Assembly (NCBI GenBank): GCA_977030845.1
Contig: OZ365109.1
Coordinates: 53,010,001 to 53,074,000 of the forward strand
Direction of reading: 5' to 3'
DNA from: Fimbriosthenelais zetlandica
Taxonomy: Eukaryota
Length of the DNA stretch: 64,000 bases
The notes under the pieces are model-generated. The model made no database searches. It saw only the letters and a list, made by a program, of their open reading frames with translations, and was not told where the DNA came from. Positions 23,907 to 37,110 of this stretch are shown here, one piece after another. Position 1 is the first letter of the stretch, and each line of letters begins with the position of its first letter. Both the position numbers and the translations under genes were made by a program.

Positions 23907-26900
23907 TTTAGTTCGTGACCCAGTATCCCCAGACTTCCTAATATTGGCAAAAAGGGTGTATGTTATTCAGATTAAGATCAATCTACTTGTGGTCACTTGC
24001 AAATCGTTCTCGATTGTGTAAAAACAGCGATTTTACGAGAGTATTTTTTCCAACCGTCTCAGCCACTCAGCGTGACTTTACCAAACTAGCTGTGTCCTGC
24101 CCCCTTCACGGTCCGAATGGGACTGATAGCCTAGATAAAAAACGGGAGAGACACCCCATCTATTTTTCATAGCCTATTCTGGACATTAGGCCTACACGTT
24201 ACTATGGAGCACACCCACATCCGACATTCGTAAATAAAAACGCGCAATAATAAAGTTTAATTTAATTTTAGAATAATAATAGAATAATTAGTAATAAATA
24301 TTAAATATAGGTAACTAACTTCAAGTAATACATGACATATTTTGTGTGTGTATATTTTTTCATGGACATGCTGCTTGGGGAGGAGTGAAGTGACCACAGC
24401 ACACCAGTCACCTAGAAACCTGGTGAACTGGAAATACTCATGTGGCCACATACCTCCAACCCTCTTGCCCCCTCTACACTCCCTCCCACATATATACGCC
24501 CATATGGCGAGCCATATAGGTATCTATATATTAAAATATTCGTGATGATATATAGACAAACTTGTACACCATCGTATATAATAATAATAAGAAACAAAAC
24601 TCTTTTATAATTTATAATTTATTAATCTCTGCATACACATGACCAGTCCCTGACAAAGTCAGATTTCTATCATAATCAGATATGAAAAAGAGCTGTCCTT
24701 GAAAACCAAGGAATCGTTTTCAAGCACTGATTTTCTCCATTTCCCTCCGGAGCCATTTCCAGCATTTGATACCTCGATTTTGATTGCATTAATATCAGTT
24801 TGCACATATTTAATGGAATTCATGTATAAGATATTTTTTTAACTACTGTACCATCAAGAACCTCAAACTTATCAAATGCTAAATTCATGATTTCCAACAG
24901 TTACTGAATTCGGCTTTGTCACAGGGTGGGTATAAAGCTCTCCTGACAGATGAGCCTTTACAACTTCAAAACTAATGTTCAGAGGAAACTTGTTCAAATT
25001 TTCGACACAAACTCCCCAAACATAGGAGAATATTTCCCAAGGGATGGATCCGCAATTTTTGAAGATAGTCGGGATGTATCCTACCCTGTCTCCTCTCTGG
25101 TGCCTCCGATGCGTCCTATTGTTGGGGTGACGCAAAATGTGCAATGTTTACCTGACAGGTGAGGCCTGTAATGCATCCATGTCAATGGAGCTGCGGGCGG
25201 ACTGCGCTTTTGCATGAGCGTCAGTCATCCCTTCTTGCAGTCATCAATATTTTCCCTAGATGAGTTCCGAAAATCACAGTAAACTTTTCATTCAAATATA
25301 ATTAATCATAGGCTAAATCTAACATGATCCTACACATATACCAAATTAAAGCCGATGGGAAAACTGTTTTAAAATAATAGTATAATAATGTTCTCAAGGA
25401 CGTAGGTGGAGGATGGCGTGAAATTGGGGTTTCGGGGGCATTTGTCTGTATGACAAATAGTTGTCATGATACAGCGAAGGAAAATGAACTTATTTTCTGC
25501 AATCAATGAACTCTTTCTGGTCCTGCTGCGTGACCTCGACATTTAGGATAGCCTTTTTTAGCCTTTTGGTATAGCCCTGACCCCTTATCAAAAGGGTATA
25601 GACATCGGTCGACTATTTCACTACTCCTGGTATAGGGTAGTTAATTCTTCCCCTGTGCTTTTGTTCGAAAGACAAAATATAATTTCTGTTTTCATAATCC
25701 TCTGCCCCCGCTACGCGCTAGGAATTCTGCAGGGACATTTGAACAAGTTCAGCTTAACAGGATATTCAGTTTAAGCGAGTTCAGCTTAAGTGGGACACAG
25801 TGTATAAGAAAGCTGTTTCCCTAGTTAAAAGATTTAAGCGTTAACTTGTAATTGTTGGTAATAGGCATGGGATGCCAAAAGGTATGTTTGGTATAGAGAC
25901 TTTGGGGTGGTTTTTTGCCCATCAAAGTGGTATACACCTCGGTCTACATTCTGATTACGGGGCGGCACACCCCCGTGCATTTACTGAGCGAGAGCCCCCC
26001 TAATCCCCCCTCCCCCCGGGGGGTTGAAATCTGTGGTGGCCGGGAGTAGGGCATTCGTTGATTTGATGTGGAATGACCCATGTCATGGCTTTTTATCAAA
26101 GCTATGCTTTGGACTAAATAATCATGCCATTGTAAATCTAATATATATAGTGTACCTCTCTCTATATACAAGTTCTCCTCAACCGTGATGTTAAAGAGTT
26201 AAAGTGGATGAAAACTAAATGTCCTGTATAGCTAGGGACATTAATTGACTAATTGAATGTATTATAATTCGATTTTTTCTACATTGACCTCTTTTCCCTT
26301 AATAATAATATATCATTGCATAAAAAGTTCTTAGATAATTATCTGAATACAGATTCTCCGGAAAGTCCGTCAACTTATGTAAATTTCTGCTAGTATTATT
26401 GCTCCTCTCCCGCGGCGAGGCAAAAGATAGGTTTAGCGTCAGCACAACAGGGCAAAAAATGATGCGGCGACGTGGGTTTTAAAAATGGTGTTAAATATCT
26501 TTCAATCCTTATATTAATCGATCATATTTGAATATTATAAAGTTAATCAGAATCCTAGGCCTTAACAAAAAATTGTGTGCTTAGTGTCACTGTGCACATT
26601 ACTTTAAACCTATGTTAAACTTCAACTTTTCACCTTACAGGTAAGTCTCAATAAACTGACATATTATAATTTTTCCCCTGATACAAATAACGGAAACGAT
26701 CAAATGGATCTTTTTTCTTGACATGTTCAATAATAATTGTCTAATCAAAGGATTGCAAAGAATTACAACTACATGTATTTGGAAAATAAAATCTTATTCC
26801 AAAAACGCGTAACCGCACCACTTTCGTCCAAGGGTGGTGACGCTTTTTTGACCTCGATACACTGGCCCTATAAAATCAGGTCTGGTCAAGATCGGGGTTG

Positions 26901-27749
26901 TAGATACATTGCAAGTTCCCGGGGCGGAACCACAGGCGACCATCCCCATTTTAACTGCATCTCTATATAGATAGTATACTATCTAAAGAGATCTCAAGCT
27001 TTGTGGACAACCGCCATTGACTTAGATAAAATATCCCAGATTCATTTTAGAGCATAACTATTAAGTCATCCCATTATAATAATATCTACAAATACTACTC
27101 CATATTAATTGAAAATGTTCTTGGGAATGTGTGTATTGGTCAGTATACTTATATCTTTCAATATGCATCATTGTATGTAGCCTACCCCCGCCCCTTTCCA
27201 TCAATCATGAATGGGTGAAAAATATAAATGTAGATTTATAAACTTAGGCATACATTCACTGTTACAGAGGTTTAAATACGCTTATTTTACGCCATTCACT
27301 TTGATTATTTGATTCTATGGTTCTTCATCAATTCGTACCCGTCTACCTGACATGCACCCGAATCATCATTACACTGTTTGCACATGACATTATTTTTCTC
27401 TGTGGTGAATTCTTTTTTGCAAAAAATGTCATATGTTTTGTAAGTCTTCATCAAGTCTAGAAAAATATAGTGTAACGTTAGTCATTAAATAGAACCGACT
27501 GTGTCACCTCTCGCGTTCCCGCATGCGGGTGTACGTGATTTTACCATGCACTGATTCACTTTGTTGCATGGGTTGAATGTACGGTAATTTTTTACTTGGC
27601 TGATTCCTAATTTGAACAGGCGCGGTTTAAATCTTGCTGAAGCAGCATGCTAAACGTAATTCTGTGACCCGTCACACAGAACGGATGATCCGCGCGGGAA
27701 ACGTCCCACATTCATACAGGGAATGGAAATTGGCATTCAACTTAATTTT

Positions 27750-28420
27750 AGTCAAGATAGAGGAAGGAATTTGCTACACTTTGGTGAAAAAATCTGTTCA
27801 AAATTCCAAGTAGAAGTGAAGATGCATGCAGCCTTCCAAAGTTGGCAAGGCAGAAATTTGGGAGAAGCGCTGATTACCCTGAGTATAGCAATTTCTCACC
27901 AGAAATATTAGTTTTATACCGATAACCCCCAATATTCCAGAAATTATATAATGACACAATTCTTTGATTATTTTCTTAATCTATATCCGATTTTTATGAA
28001 GTAAATTTTATTTAGGAGATAGGATCAAGCTTTATAAAAGCATATATACTTTGATAAATGATTCCCCATAAAGCCGTTGCCATGGAATCGGAAAATTCGA
28101 ATGATATCTATTTTGCCCAAATACAAGTTGCCATGGTAACTAAAAAACAATGATTAAAAATTAATTTTTTGACCAAAATAATATTTTCATTGTATCAAGG
28201 GTAAACAATTATGAAATGTGTATTTTGACCATTTTTGAACTTTAAATTTTATTTTTTAATTTTTTTTGCCCAAATATTAGACTAAAAAGGATCGAATTTT
28301 CATTATATTTTCTGAAATTCTCGTATATTCGAACCGACGTAACTTCTTCCATATGTTAGGCATTAATATAATAGTTACATGGATGGATTCAGTGAAAGAA
28401 GTTTAAAACAGTGATACCCC
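27750..28420 (+). repeat. Diverged DNA-transposon-type repeat, inverted homologue of 34600-35270
   Basis: Collinear shared blocks with the reverse complement of 34600-35270, e.g. GGAATTTGCTA.A.TTTGGTGAAAA, CAGAAATATTA, ATCCGATTT...AAGTAAATTTTA, GTTGCCATGGTAAC.AAAA, TTGCC...AAATATTA, TGGATTCAGTGAA. Boundaries approximate. Confidence 0.7.
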
Positions 28421-30571
28421 ACATTTGAATCAAAGAATACAAATTAATATTCATCTGAAGTGTCAAATAATGGTCAAAATGGCTATTTTAAAGGTTGGCT
28501 CACTGCCTGAGAACTCTAGCACTGTCACTTCCATAGGGATTGGCATTTAAGAGTTATGAATTCATAGACCTATCGCACTAAAAATAATTATTAGGGCTAA
28601 ATAAATAATCCATATACCCAATTTATTTATGATGATTTATCAACAGGTTCTATATGGAGTATATAATATATAGTATCGGTTGAAATTGATACCCCTAGGA
28701 AGGAGTCAAAAGTTTGACCTAACCCACACGGTGATAGGTTTGACATGATGCATTGGAATGACCGTATCTGTACACATGGAAGGACAATTATCATTGATGA
28801 ATCCTTCTCAATAATAAATGGCTTAAGTGAACTGTGCTAACAGTTTGATTTTATCATGAAATTATGGGGTAGAAAATAACCCCATTAACTATGAGGGACA
28901 ATTATCAAATGGGTTGATATAGGCCTACAATGTGTCATTGAAGAAGCATGCTGCATTATGATAGTCTGCTACAGCATAGTGTCTGTGGTGTGCATAATTT
29001 GCCACAAACCCACAGGGATTAGTGCACTAAGGGCTCTAACCCCCGTGCATGGTTCCCTCAAGCCTGTCGCAAGTCATACATAAAGTATATTTTTCCCCAT
29101 AATGTAGGCTACATTTTTTATGTTCGCTCTATGATATCCCTTCCAAAATATCAGTCATGGGAACGTACTTTTATTCATGATTGATAATCAACTGAACTGA
29201 ACTGAACCAATAAGCTGGCAGCTTATAAGAGGGCAGGAAATTAAGTCCGAGTTGTATTACCCAGGGCAGCGGATGCAATTTCATTAAAGGAAAATTATGG
29301 TGAATCTAAAATAATGTGCCAAAGATAAAGTGATATAAATAGCAGATAATTCAAGATGTTTTCATGAAAAAAATCTGCAGAATATGAATAGCGTCACAAA
29401 AATAATTAATATCAAAACTAGCTCCTCCCTACCAAACCAGGTGGCTGCCATTGGTGATGTCACATGATTCCATTAGAGCCTACTGCTCATGCGCAAAGGA
29501 AGTAAAGTAAAGTAATTTTGGGTTTAGTTCCCGCCAATAGTTTTAGATGACGACACAGTGTCCCAGTTCGGCCATGAATTTTCATACAATCATACAGTGG
29601 TGTACATATTATTATTCTTAGATGAGTCACTTCTGGACGTACTCAATAAAGAGGCCGTTGCAGGATCTTTAAATGGGTATCAATTATACACAGTACTTTT
29701 TCCCATGAAGCTACATGCAGTGTATCTATATACATGTATATATATATATCACCTTATCCTCGGCCCATCATGTTAAATTTCACAAATTTTCCTTTTTTTT
29801 TAATCATCTGCCTTCATTATATCAAGGACCAATATTAATCCCATGAACAACTACATATAATATCAGGGATAACGTGTATACTGTATAATTATGGACTGCT
29901 GATCTAGGTTTCTTTCAACAGCCATTGCATATTTGACCTGCAGACACATTATCTAAAGACACTGATCCGTGACACATGGCAGTCTTTACACATTTCCTCT
30001 CTTACTCCTCAGACGTTTAGGAGACATGACTGTTGGCAATAAAGGGGTGATTCCACCTCAGATCACCCCAAAAAACGCATTTTTAAACCCCACCCCATTT
30101 GATTTCCATGAAATTTGGTGTAGGGGTATTTCATAGCCAGAAAAGCCTAAATCGCAAATTTCAGCTTGATCGGACTAGCGGTTTTTGAGATATCGCGATT
30201 TACTTTTTTCGCTTTTTCACGAAAATGGGCAGGTCGACCAAATTTAAAATTGGCTTTTCTCAGCAACCACTGGTCCAATTTCAAAAAACAAGGTATTTCT
30301 GGAAAGGGGAAATCACAAGGAATCCAAATCTGGCATTAGTCTTTGCATTTTTGTATTTTAAAGGCCAATGACCTTTTGACCTATATTTTGACCTTGAAAT
30401 TCACATTAAAGAACACGCCCGATTTCAATGACACAAATAAAAAAAATGTAGCCCCATGTGTCAACTACAACATATAAAAAAACTGGAGGGGTTTTCTTTT
30501 TCATAATTGAGAAAATCAGGATAGTATAAAGCACTACCTTTCAATCCATGGTAACTTCTGTGTAAGATTAA

Positions 30572-31503
30572 AGTGTGACTCGTGGGGCTATATATGACTA
30601 TGCATAAATATGTTCCAAATAGTGTTTAAATAATGAAAAGTCGTTTCAAATATTTTTTTCGTAATTCGAAATTTGTATAAATCCTGCGTTTTTGGAGCTA
30701 TTTTGACACCTGTCTGAAAACGGGTCGTTGAGACAGTAGGTGGCGTGGTCAGTAGCGCATGACGTCACAAATCTGCAACCCACCCACACTGATCTCTGAA
30801 CGCCCGCTTTGAGCCTCGCTCTGAGGCATCTGTGTTTGTAAACACCCGAGCGCCGACGTGGGAGAGAGCATGCACCTTTCCACTGCGAGAGAACATGCAT
30901 GACACTTGGCGGCTCTGTAGCCGATGGGGAAGTCAACAAAGTGTTGATTTGTGGGGGCGGGGGTCAAGTGAAGGCAATATATTTTTTAGTACTTAAGTTA
31001 ATAACGCCTATTAGTATTATAGGCCTCATTTAGGCGTGCCCTAGCCGTGCTCCCGGCGCCTGCTGCCCGGTACACCCCTTCAGCTCCTGGTCACTGCTCC
31101 CCACTATCATGCACACAATTTGACAGGGGACGTTTTTAGTTAATCAGTCCTAACTTGATTAAAAAAGTTAAGGACAATCTCATCTATAAAGTGTTTGGAA
31201 CAATATACCCTATACCCTATACCACTGGCTACCTCGGAACTGCCCTATTTGTAAAGTAGGAATCATCAGAAGCCATTTTCTCTCAACTAGCAATGCAGAT
31301 TTGTGACGTCACACTCCCCTGGCTCTACAGCGCTTTTAAATCCGGCGGTTTTTGTGGGAACTACATATTTTACACTTTGTAGGGCAAATAACTCATAAAA
31401 AAATTAGTGATTAAACGTTGCCTTAACATTTTATGATACCTTTACTCAACATGAATTGGTAAAAGTAAAAAAATGCTATTTTAAAATAGCCACGAGTCAC
31501 ACT
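30572..31503. mobile_element. Kolobok-like MITE (932 bp) nested in the left arm of the Sola2-like element
   Basis: TTAA TSD (30568-30571, 31504-31507) and perfect 14-bp TIR AGTGTGACTCGTGG / CCACGAGTCACACT (RR...YY termini). Internal inverted TGACGTCACAAATCTGCA motifs at about 30760 and about 31295. The right host arm retains the empty site AAGATTAAGCCT. Confidence 0.88.
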
Positions 31504-31583
31504 TTAAGCCTATGTTTGCACTGCAGTAAAGCTAGTTCTCAGACAGTGGAAGGAAATACTAGTAGCTTCAATTTCAGTGTCAC

Positions 31584-31970
31584 GGCTCTACAAATAATTG
31601 ACTTATGCAGGCACAGTGCCTTACTAGGGCACCAGACAGGCACATTTAATTCCGCACAGCTGTAAGCCATGTAGGCATATATTTTTCACCTTGATAGACG
31701 CCTCTGTTCCCATTTACAACTGAGGCAGCTTTCTCTAAAGAGTCATGGCTCTACAAATAATTAACTTAAGCAGGCACAGTGCCTTACTAAGGCACCAGAC
31801 AGGCACATCTAATTCCACACAGCTGTAAGCCATGTAGGCACATATTTTTCTCCTTGATAGACGCCTCTGTTCCCATTTACAACTGAGGTAGCTTTCTCTA
31901 AAGAGTCATGGCTCTACAAATAATTAACTTAAGCCTTACTAGGGCACCAGCCAGACACATCTAATTCCGC
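31584..31970 (+). repeat. 163-bp tandem subrepeat (about 2.3 copies) within the Sola2-like arm
   Basis: GGCTCTACAAATAATT starts at 31584, 31747 and 31910, with inverted copies at about 32605-32860. Confidence 0.92.
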
Positions 31971-34599
31971 ATTTTAAAGGCTAATGACCTTTTGACCTAT
32001 ATTTTGCCCTTGAAATTGACATTAAAGAACATCCCGACCTCAATGACACGATTACAAAAAATGTAGCCCTATGTGTCAACTACAACATATAAAGAAACTG
32101 GAGGGGTTTTCTTTTTCATTTAGATTTTTTCTACATCACACAAATTGATGTAGAAGTCGACATACCTTACTATTTTCTTCAGACATATCTAAGATCCATT
32201 CATTGTACACTGCCTGTATGTACATTTATATACACAGTATACAAGTTGATGTACTACTCAAAGAAATATTGTCAATCACAAGTACAAAAAGTCATTGAAA
32301 ACTTCACAACTGTCTCATTTTCAAACAGGGTCAATATTGTTATTTACTCCTTGTCCACAGGCAAATTCAAGTGGTGGTTAGAGATTCTGGCCAGGTCATT
32401 TAGAGAAATGCTGTACAGTTTCTTGTTGAAGATGATTTCAAGAATGGAGTGCTTATCACACAGTGTACATCTGAATCAGGAATCCAACAATGATCATCTT
32501 TGGATGGCCAATAGAAGGTCTTGGCTGATCTATGAGGGTGCATGAACTTTATCCTATAGTCACCAAACAGATTCTGAGACCAGACCAATCCATGGGAGGT
32601 TAGAAACAGAGGCGTCTATCAAGGTGAAAAATATGTGCCTACATGGCCTAGTGCCTTAGTAAGGCACTGTGCCTGCATAAGTCAATTATTTGTAAAGCCA
32701 TGACTCTTTAGAGAAAGCTGCCTCAGTTGTAAATGAGGCGTCTACCAATGTGACAAGTATGTGCCTACATGGCTTACAGCTGTGCGGAATTAAATGTGCC
32801 TGTCTGGTGCCCTAGTAAGGCACTGTGCCTGCATAAGTCAATTATTTGTAGAGCCGTGACACTGAAATTGAAGCTACTAGTATTTCCTTCCACTGTCTGA
32901 GAACTAGCTTTACTGCAGTGCAAATATAGGCTTAATCTTGCACAGAAGTTACCATGGATTGAAAGGTAGTGCTTTATACTATCCTGATTTTCTCAATTAT
33001 GAAAAAGAAAACCCCTCCAGTTTTTTTATATGTTGTAGTTGACACATAGGGCTACATTTTTTTTATTTGTGTCATTGAAATCGGGCGTGTTCTTTAATGT
33101 GAATTTCAAGGTCAAAATATAGGTCAAAAGGTCATTGGCCTTTAAAACGCAAAAATGCAAAGACTAATGTCAGATTTGGATTCCTTGTGATTTCCCCTTT
33201 CCAGAAATACCTTGTTTTTTGAAATTGGACCAGTGGTTGCTGAGAAAAGCCAATTTTAAATTTGGTCGACCTGCCCATTTTCGTGAAAAAGCGAAAAAAG
33301 TAAATCGCGATATCTCGGAAACCGCTAGTCCGATCAAGCTGAAATTTGAGATTTAGGCTTTTCTGGCTATGACTAACCTACAAACCAAATTGCAAAGTCT
33401 GACAAAGTAGGGTTTAACTGACTGGGTGAACTGAGGTGGACTCACCCAAAGACAGCATTCCACTATTTACAGCCCCAATTTCTATCCCCATACCAGTGTT
33501 ATTAGCAGCTTGACCTCCCTCGGTGCCCCTGGAAAGGGTGCAGACCATATACATCGTGACTGTATAGTACATACAATTCATTCATGTTCCTCACCCGAAC
33601 TATCATCACTTTAATGAAGAGGAACGCAGTCTTTGTCAAACGCGAGTTAAAATAATAGTTTATCCATCTAATGACATCAGTTATTTTCAGAGATACTTTT
33701 CATAATTATATAATCAACTATATATTAGTTCAGTTAGTGCATGTATTTACTCTAATTACGAAATCTATTGTGGCTTCTTTCCTGGTTTGACATGTGTACA
33801 TCTCAGTTTTATGTATAACTGAATTATTTGCTGTAAGATAAAGGACTGAACATTCAGTTTTCCGGCTAGCCGAGTCATGTTTATTTAACTTCTTGATATA
33901 TATTTTTTTAATTCTTTTATTTAACCTGTTGGTAAGTGAAGGGGGTGAAGTGGGTAAGTGAAAACCGACCGACTATAACTATATTATGTAGACAGAATAT
34001 CTATATCACAACTATATAAAACGCTGTCCATAACACACTATATAGGCTCACACAAAACATAACACTGGATTAACATATCTAACACAGTTTTTAACATAAT
34101 TATGGAATGGTATTGCTCTCCCATTACAAATATATCAAATGAGTTTTTTAGTAGCATATCCCGTACAGAGTCAATTTTATGGTAAACAAAACACTTCCCA
34201 TATTCAAGTATCCTAAATGAAAACCTCTAGCTGTTCCTAAGAAATTATCCATGTTGACTCAGTTTAAGATTCAAGTTAGTCTTCACTAATACAATTTGAA
34301 TACTACTTAGGTAGGACCTATAGATCTAAAAGATTTTTTTTTTTTTACAATGGTTAGCTACTTGTGGGAATATGCTCACAGTTCCTTGCTGGTTAGAAGG
34401 AAAGTTAGATGCATGCAACCTTCTTTGCTTATTGCACTGACTGGTGTGCACAAAGTAGCCAGCCATAACCCTTTCGGGACGGCCAAAAATTTAGTGCATC
34501 CCCTGAGAGGACGAGGGTTACTGCCATAGGGTCCAAAAAGGGGATTTTTCTGAGTTTTTAGACACCATGAGTGCCCCCAAAAGCTTTCACAACATTTTA

Positions 34600-35270
34600 A
34601 TACCAGCTGTTTTATTGTTCAACCAGATTCACTGAATCCAACTATCTAACAATTATTTCAGTGCCATACATCTGTGAAAAGCTACTAGCATAAGATTTAA
34701 AACAATATTTTCAAAACTTTGGCCCCTTTTATGATAATATTTAGGGCAAGAAAATGAGAAAATATTTCTAAAAATCCCCTCAAAAACCCCTAAATATCTC
34801 AGACATAAAATGTTCCCCCGAATTAAATAACATTTTTTTCTTGGCAGAAAAATTATTTTATAACTGGAAATTTTGGTTACCATGGCAACAAAATTTTCTG
34901 AAAAAATGAGGTCCCTGACTTTGGTTGTTACCATGGAAACGGTCTTCAAAAGAAATTCTAAAATACCAGTAAATACCTCAAGCCAAGAATTTGACTTACC
35001 AACTAAAATTTACTTTGCATAAATCGGATCAGAATTTAGGAAATAGTGAACAAAATACTTAATATTAGTTTTCCTATAACTTTTTTCTTCCAAATGTAGA
35101 GTCATTTTTTCTATATAAATATTGGGCTTTCGGGAAATTAATATTTCTGAAAAACAATGGACATTACCGAATTCGAAAGTCAATATCTCGGCTTTCAGTT
35201 GGAATATTGAAACAAAATTTTCACCAAAATATAGCAAATTCCCCATTCTAAATCGGTCAAAAATAGCTCA
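34600..35270 (-). repeat. Diverged DNA-transposon-type repeat, inverted homologue of 27750-28420
   Basis: See partner. Contains GTTACCATGGCAAC (34876-34889) and GTTACCATGGAAAC (34927-34940). Confidence 0.7.
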
Positions 35271-36049
35271 CAATGCATTAATGCATTGTCCGTCCACTGC
35301 ACGGGAGTGCCTTGAGGCATTGCTCGCCGCGAAAGCACACAGCTTCTTTGCCCGTAATGCATTATGCCGGTGTATACAGAAGTGCTACGATACAGACCTG
35401 TATATATAAAGACAGGGAACATTGTCAACAGGGACTTTTAAAGGTGCACCCAAAAGCTATACTCTCTACTTGTATAGATCTAGTTAATTAATTTAGTTTA
35501 TTATTTAGTTATTGAACACACCAAAGAAAATGTGTTTCACGCTTTCCTACAACATATTTATGTAAGGATAATCCCGTGTTTAAATCAATTTGATGTCTGC
35601 AACAACTTGCCTGATGTTTAGGACCACATGAATTTAATTATATATTTCTTTAAGGCGGAAGACCGGCTATAGGGCCGAAATTCAGTAGATAAAAATAATT
35701 TCAACTTTCAAATATTTTTTCGAAGTTGTACATTACTTGATCATCCTTTTTACATCGGGGAATGGATGGGTGGTGGCGGGGGGGGGGGGGGGGCAGTGAT
35801 TAAACTACATACATGTTGAAATGTATTTGCACATCGATCCATCCTTTTAAAACTTAGTACCCATAAACAACTTTTACACCATTTATGCACCATTTAAGGT
35901 GGTAGCAAGGACCCTGTTTGTGCTAAGTGGAATCAATAAAGAGCGCCCAGCTAAGCTCCTTCTCTTTCTCCATCACTGTTATAACACTTTGAATATTCCC
36001 AGCTGCCGCCCTCAACACAGCGCAGACAAACACCCCAATGGATGACCCC

Positions 36050-37110
36050 AGACCACAACTCCCTCTTGTAGCATAATCCCAAACTGACTGCCTGTCAATT
36101 TCAGCTATTAGGTCTCAATAGCCGCTCCATTATTCCATTACCTTGCCCCTTGCTGACTGGATTAGCGCTGCTTGTCCTTTCCCTGCTACATATTATCGGT
36201 GCAGATTTGTTCAAGGTGGGGCCACCAGCTCATAGGGCTGGTCTCAGTCAGTTGGGTGGACTGGTCATTTTCAAGGCTGACTAGCTGGAGGTGGACACAA
36301 ATCATAGACATCACTAAGCTGTCAACACAGGCAGTGCTTGGTGCGTGGCTAGCTGTAGTTGGTGAAGGGAGGTAGATGATGGTGAACTACTGGTAGCCTA
36401 TCAATGTAAGACGCCCATCGTTTATCCACAATATCCATGAAACATTCTAACCAACAGAGAACATCTCTTTGGGATAAAAAAAAATAAATGTAACTGGTTA
36501 GGCTGACTGAGGTTTAGGGGTGATAAAGTATGCTTAGAAATGTCTAAAAGGTGCACAGTTGTAAATATCCGATTCTAAGTTTTCCCCATGCATGGTGGTG
36601 GCATAGTTTTATGCATTGATACATATTGATCATATAAATAATGATATACAATATCTAATTCTAAATAGTTCAATTATTTGTGCATCAGCTGAACATTAGA
36701 ATGAACGTTCATGGATTTTGACCATCACGTACAAAGGACAAAGCCTTTAATTCGCTTTCATTCTTCCTCAATCATTAAATTTGTCCCTGTGATTTTTACT
36801 TAAAGTTTTTCCAATACCCACTATCCCTTCTCATCATGTCTTCCTGCTGTCTCATAAACTCCAGCATTCGGAACATCGTAAATCGTTCAAGACCCAAACT
36901 TGTCTTCAACATTATCCACCACTCCTCCTCCACCATGTCGTATTCGTGTCTGTCCACTGATAATGAAACAAACCCAGTTTACCGGCGGCCATTGGATGTG
37001 TTTTTCTAGATCTTTACTACTCTGAAAATGATAGCCCTGCTTTCTGACCAGTCAATGATAAGCCGTCTACATTGGTCAGCAATGATCCCACGGGATCCTA
37101 GGCTTCTTAG
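36050..37110 (-). mobile_element. Degraded L2/CR1-clade LINE endonuclease relic
   Basis: Minus-strand fragments in the expected order: SLLTNVDGL (cf. ILLxNVRSL), GQTRIRHGGGGVVDNV (cf. RxDRxxxGGGVxxYV), QSVWDYATRG (cf. QxVxxPTRG). Interrupted by stops and frameshifts. Confidence 0.4.

Larger units (their letters stand above)
30045..33447. mobile_element. Long-TIR non-autonomous DNA transposon, Sola2-like (3403 bp including nested insertion)
   Basis: Termini GGGTGATTCCACCTCAGATCACCC and, read inward, GGGTGAGTCCACCTCAGTTCACCC. 4-bp TSD AAAG (30041-30044, 33448-33451). Arms 30131-30571 plus 31508-about 31970 are inverted relative to about 32605-33372, with only a few mismatches in the outer about 440 bp. 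GRG...CYC ends with a 4-bp TSD match Sola2 as I recall its description. The family label is less certain than the boundaries. Confidence 0.8.

Noticed and set aside
32246-32588. ORFs in the centre of the Sola2-like element as a transposase
   Set aside because: Short, with no DDD/E context recognised. Other frames have multiple stops.
31584-32860. Regular repeats as a possible CRISPR-like array
   Set aside because: 163-bp contiguous tandem units without unique spacers, inside a eukaryotic transposon arm.
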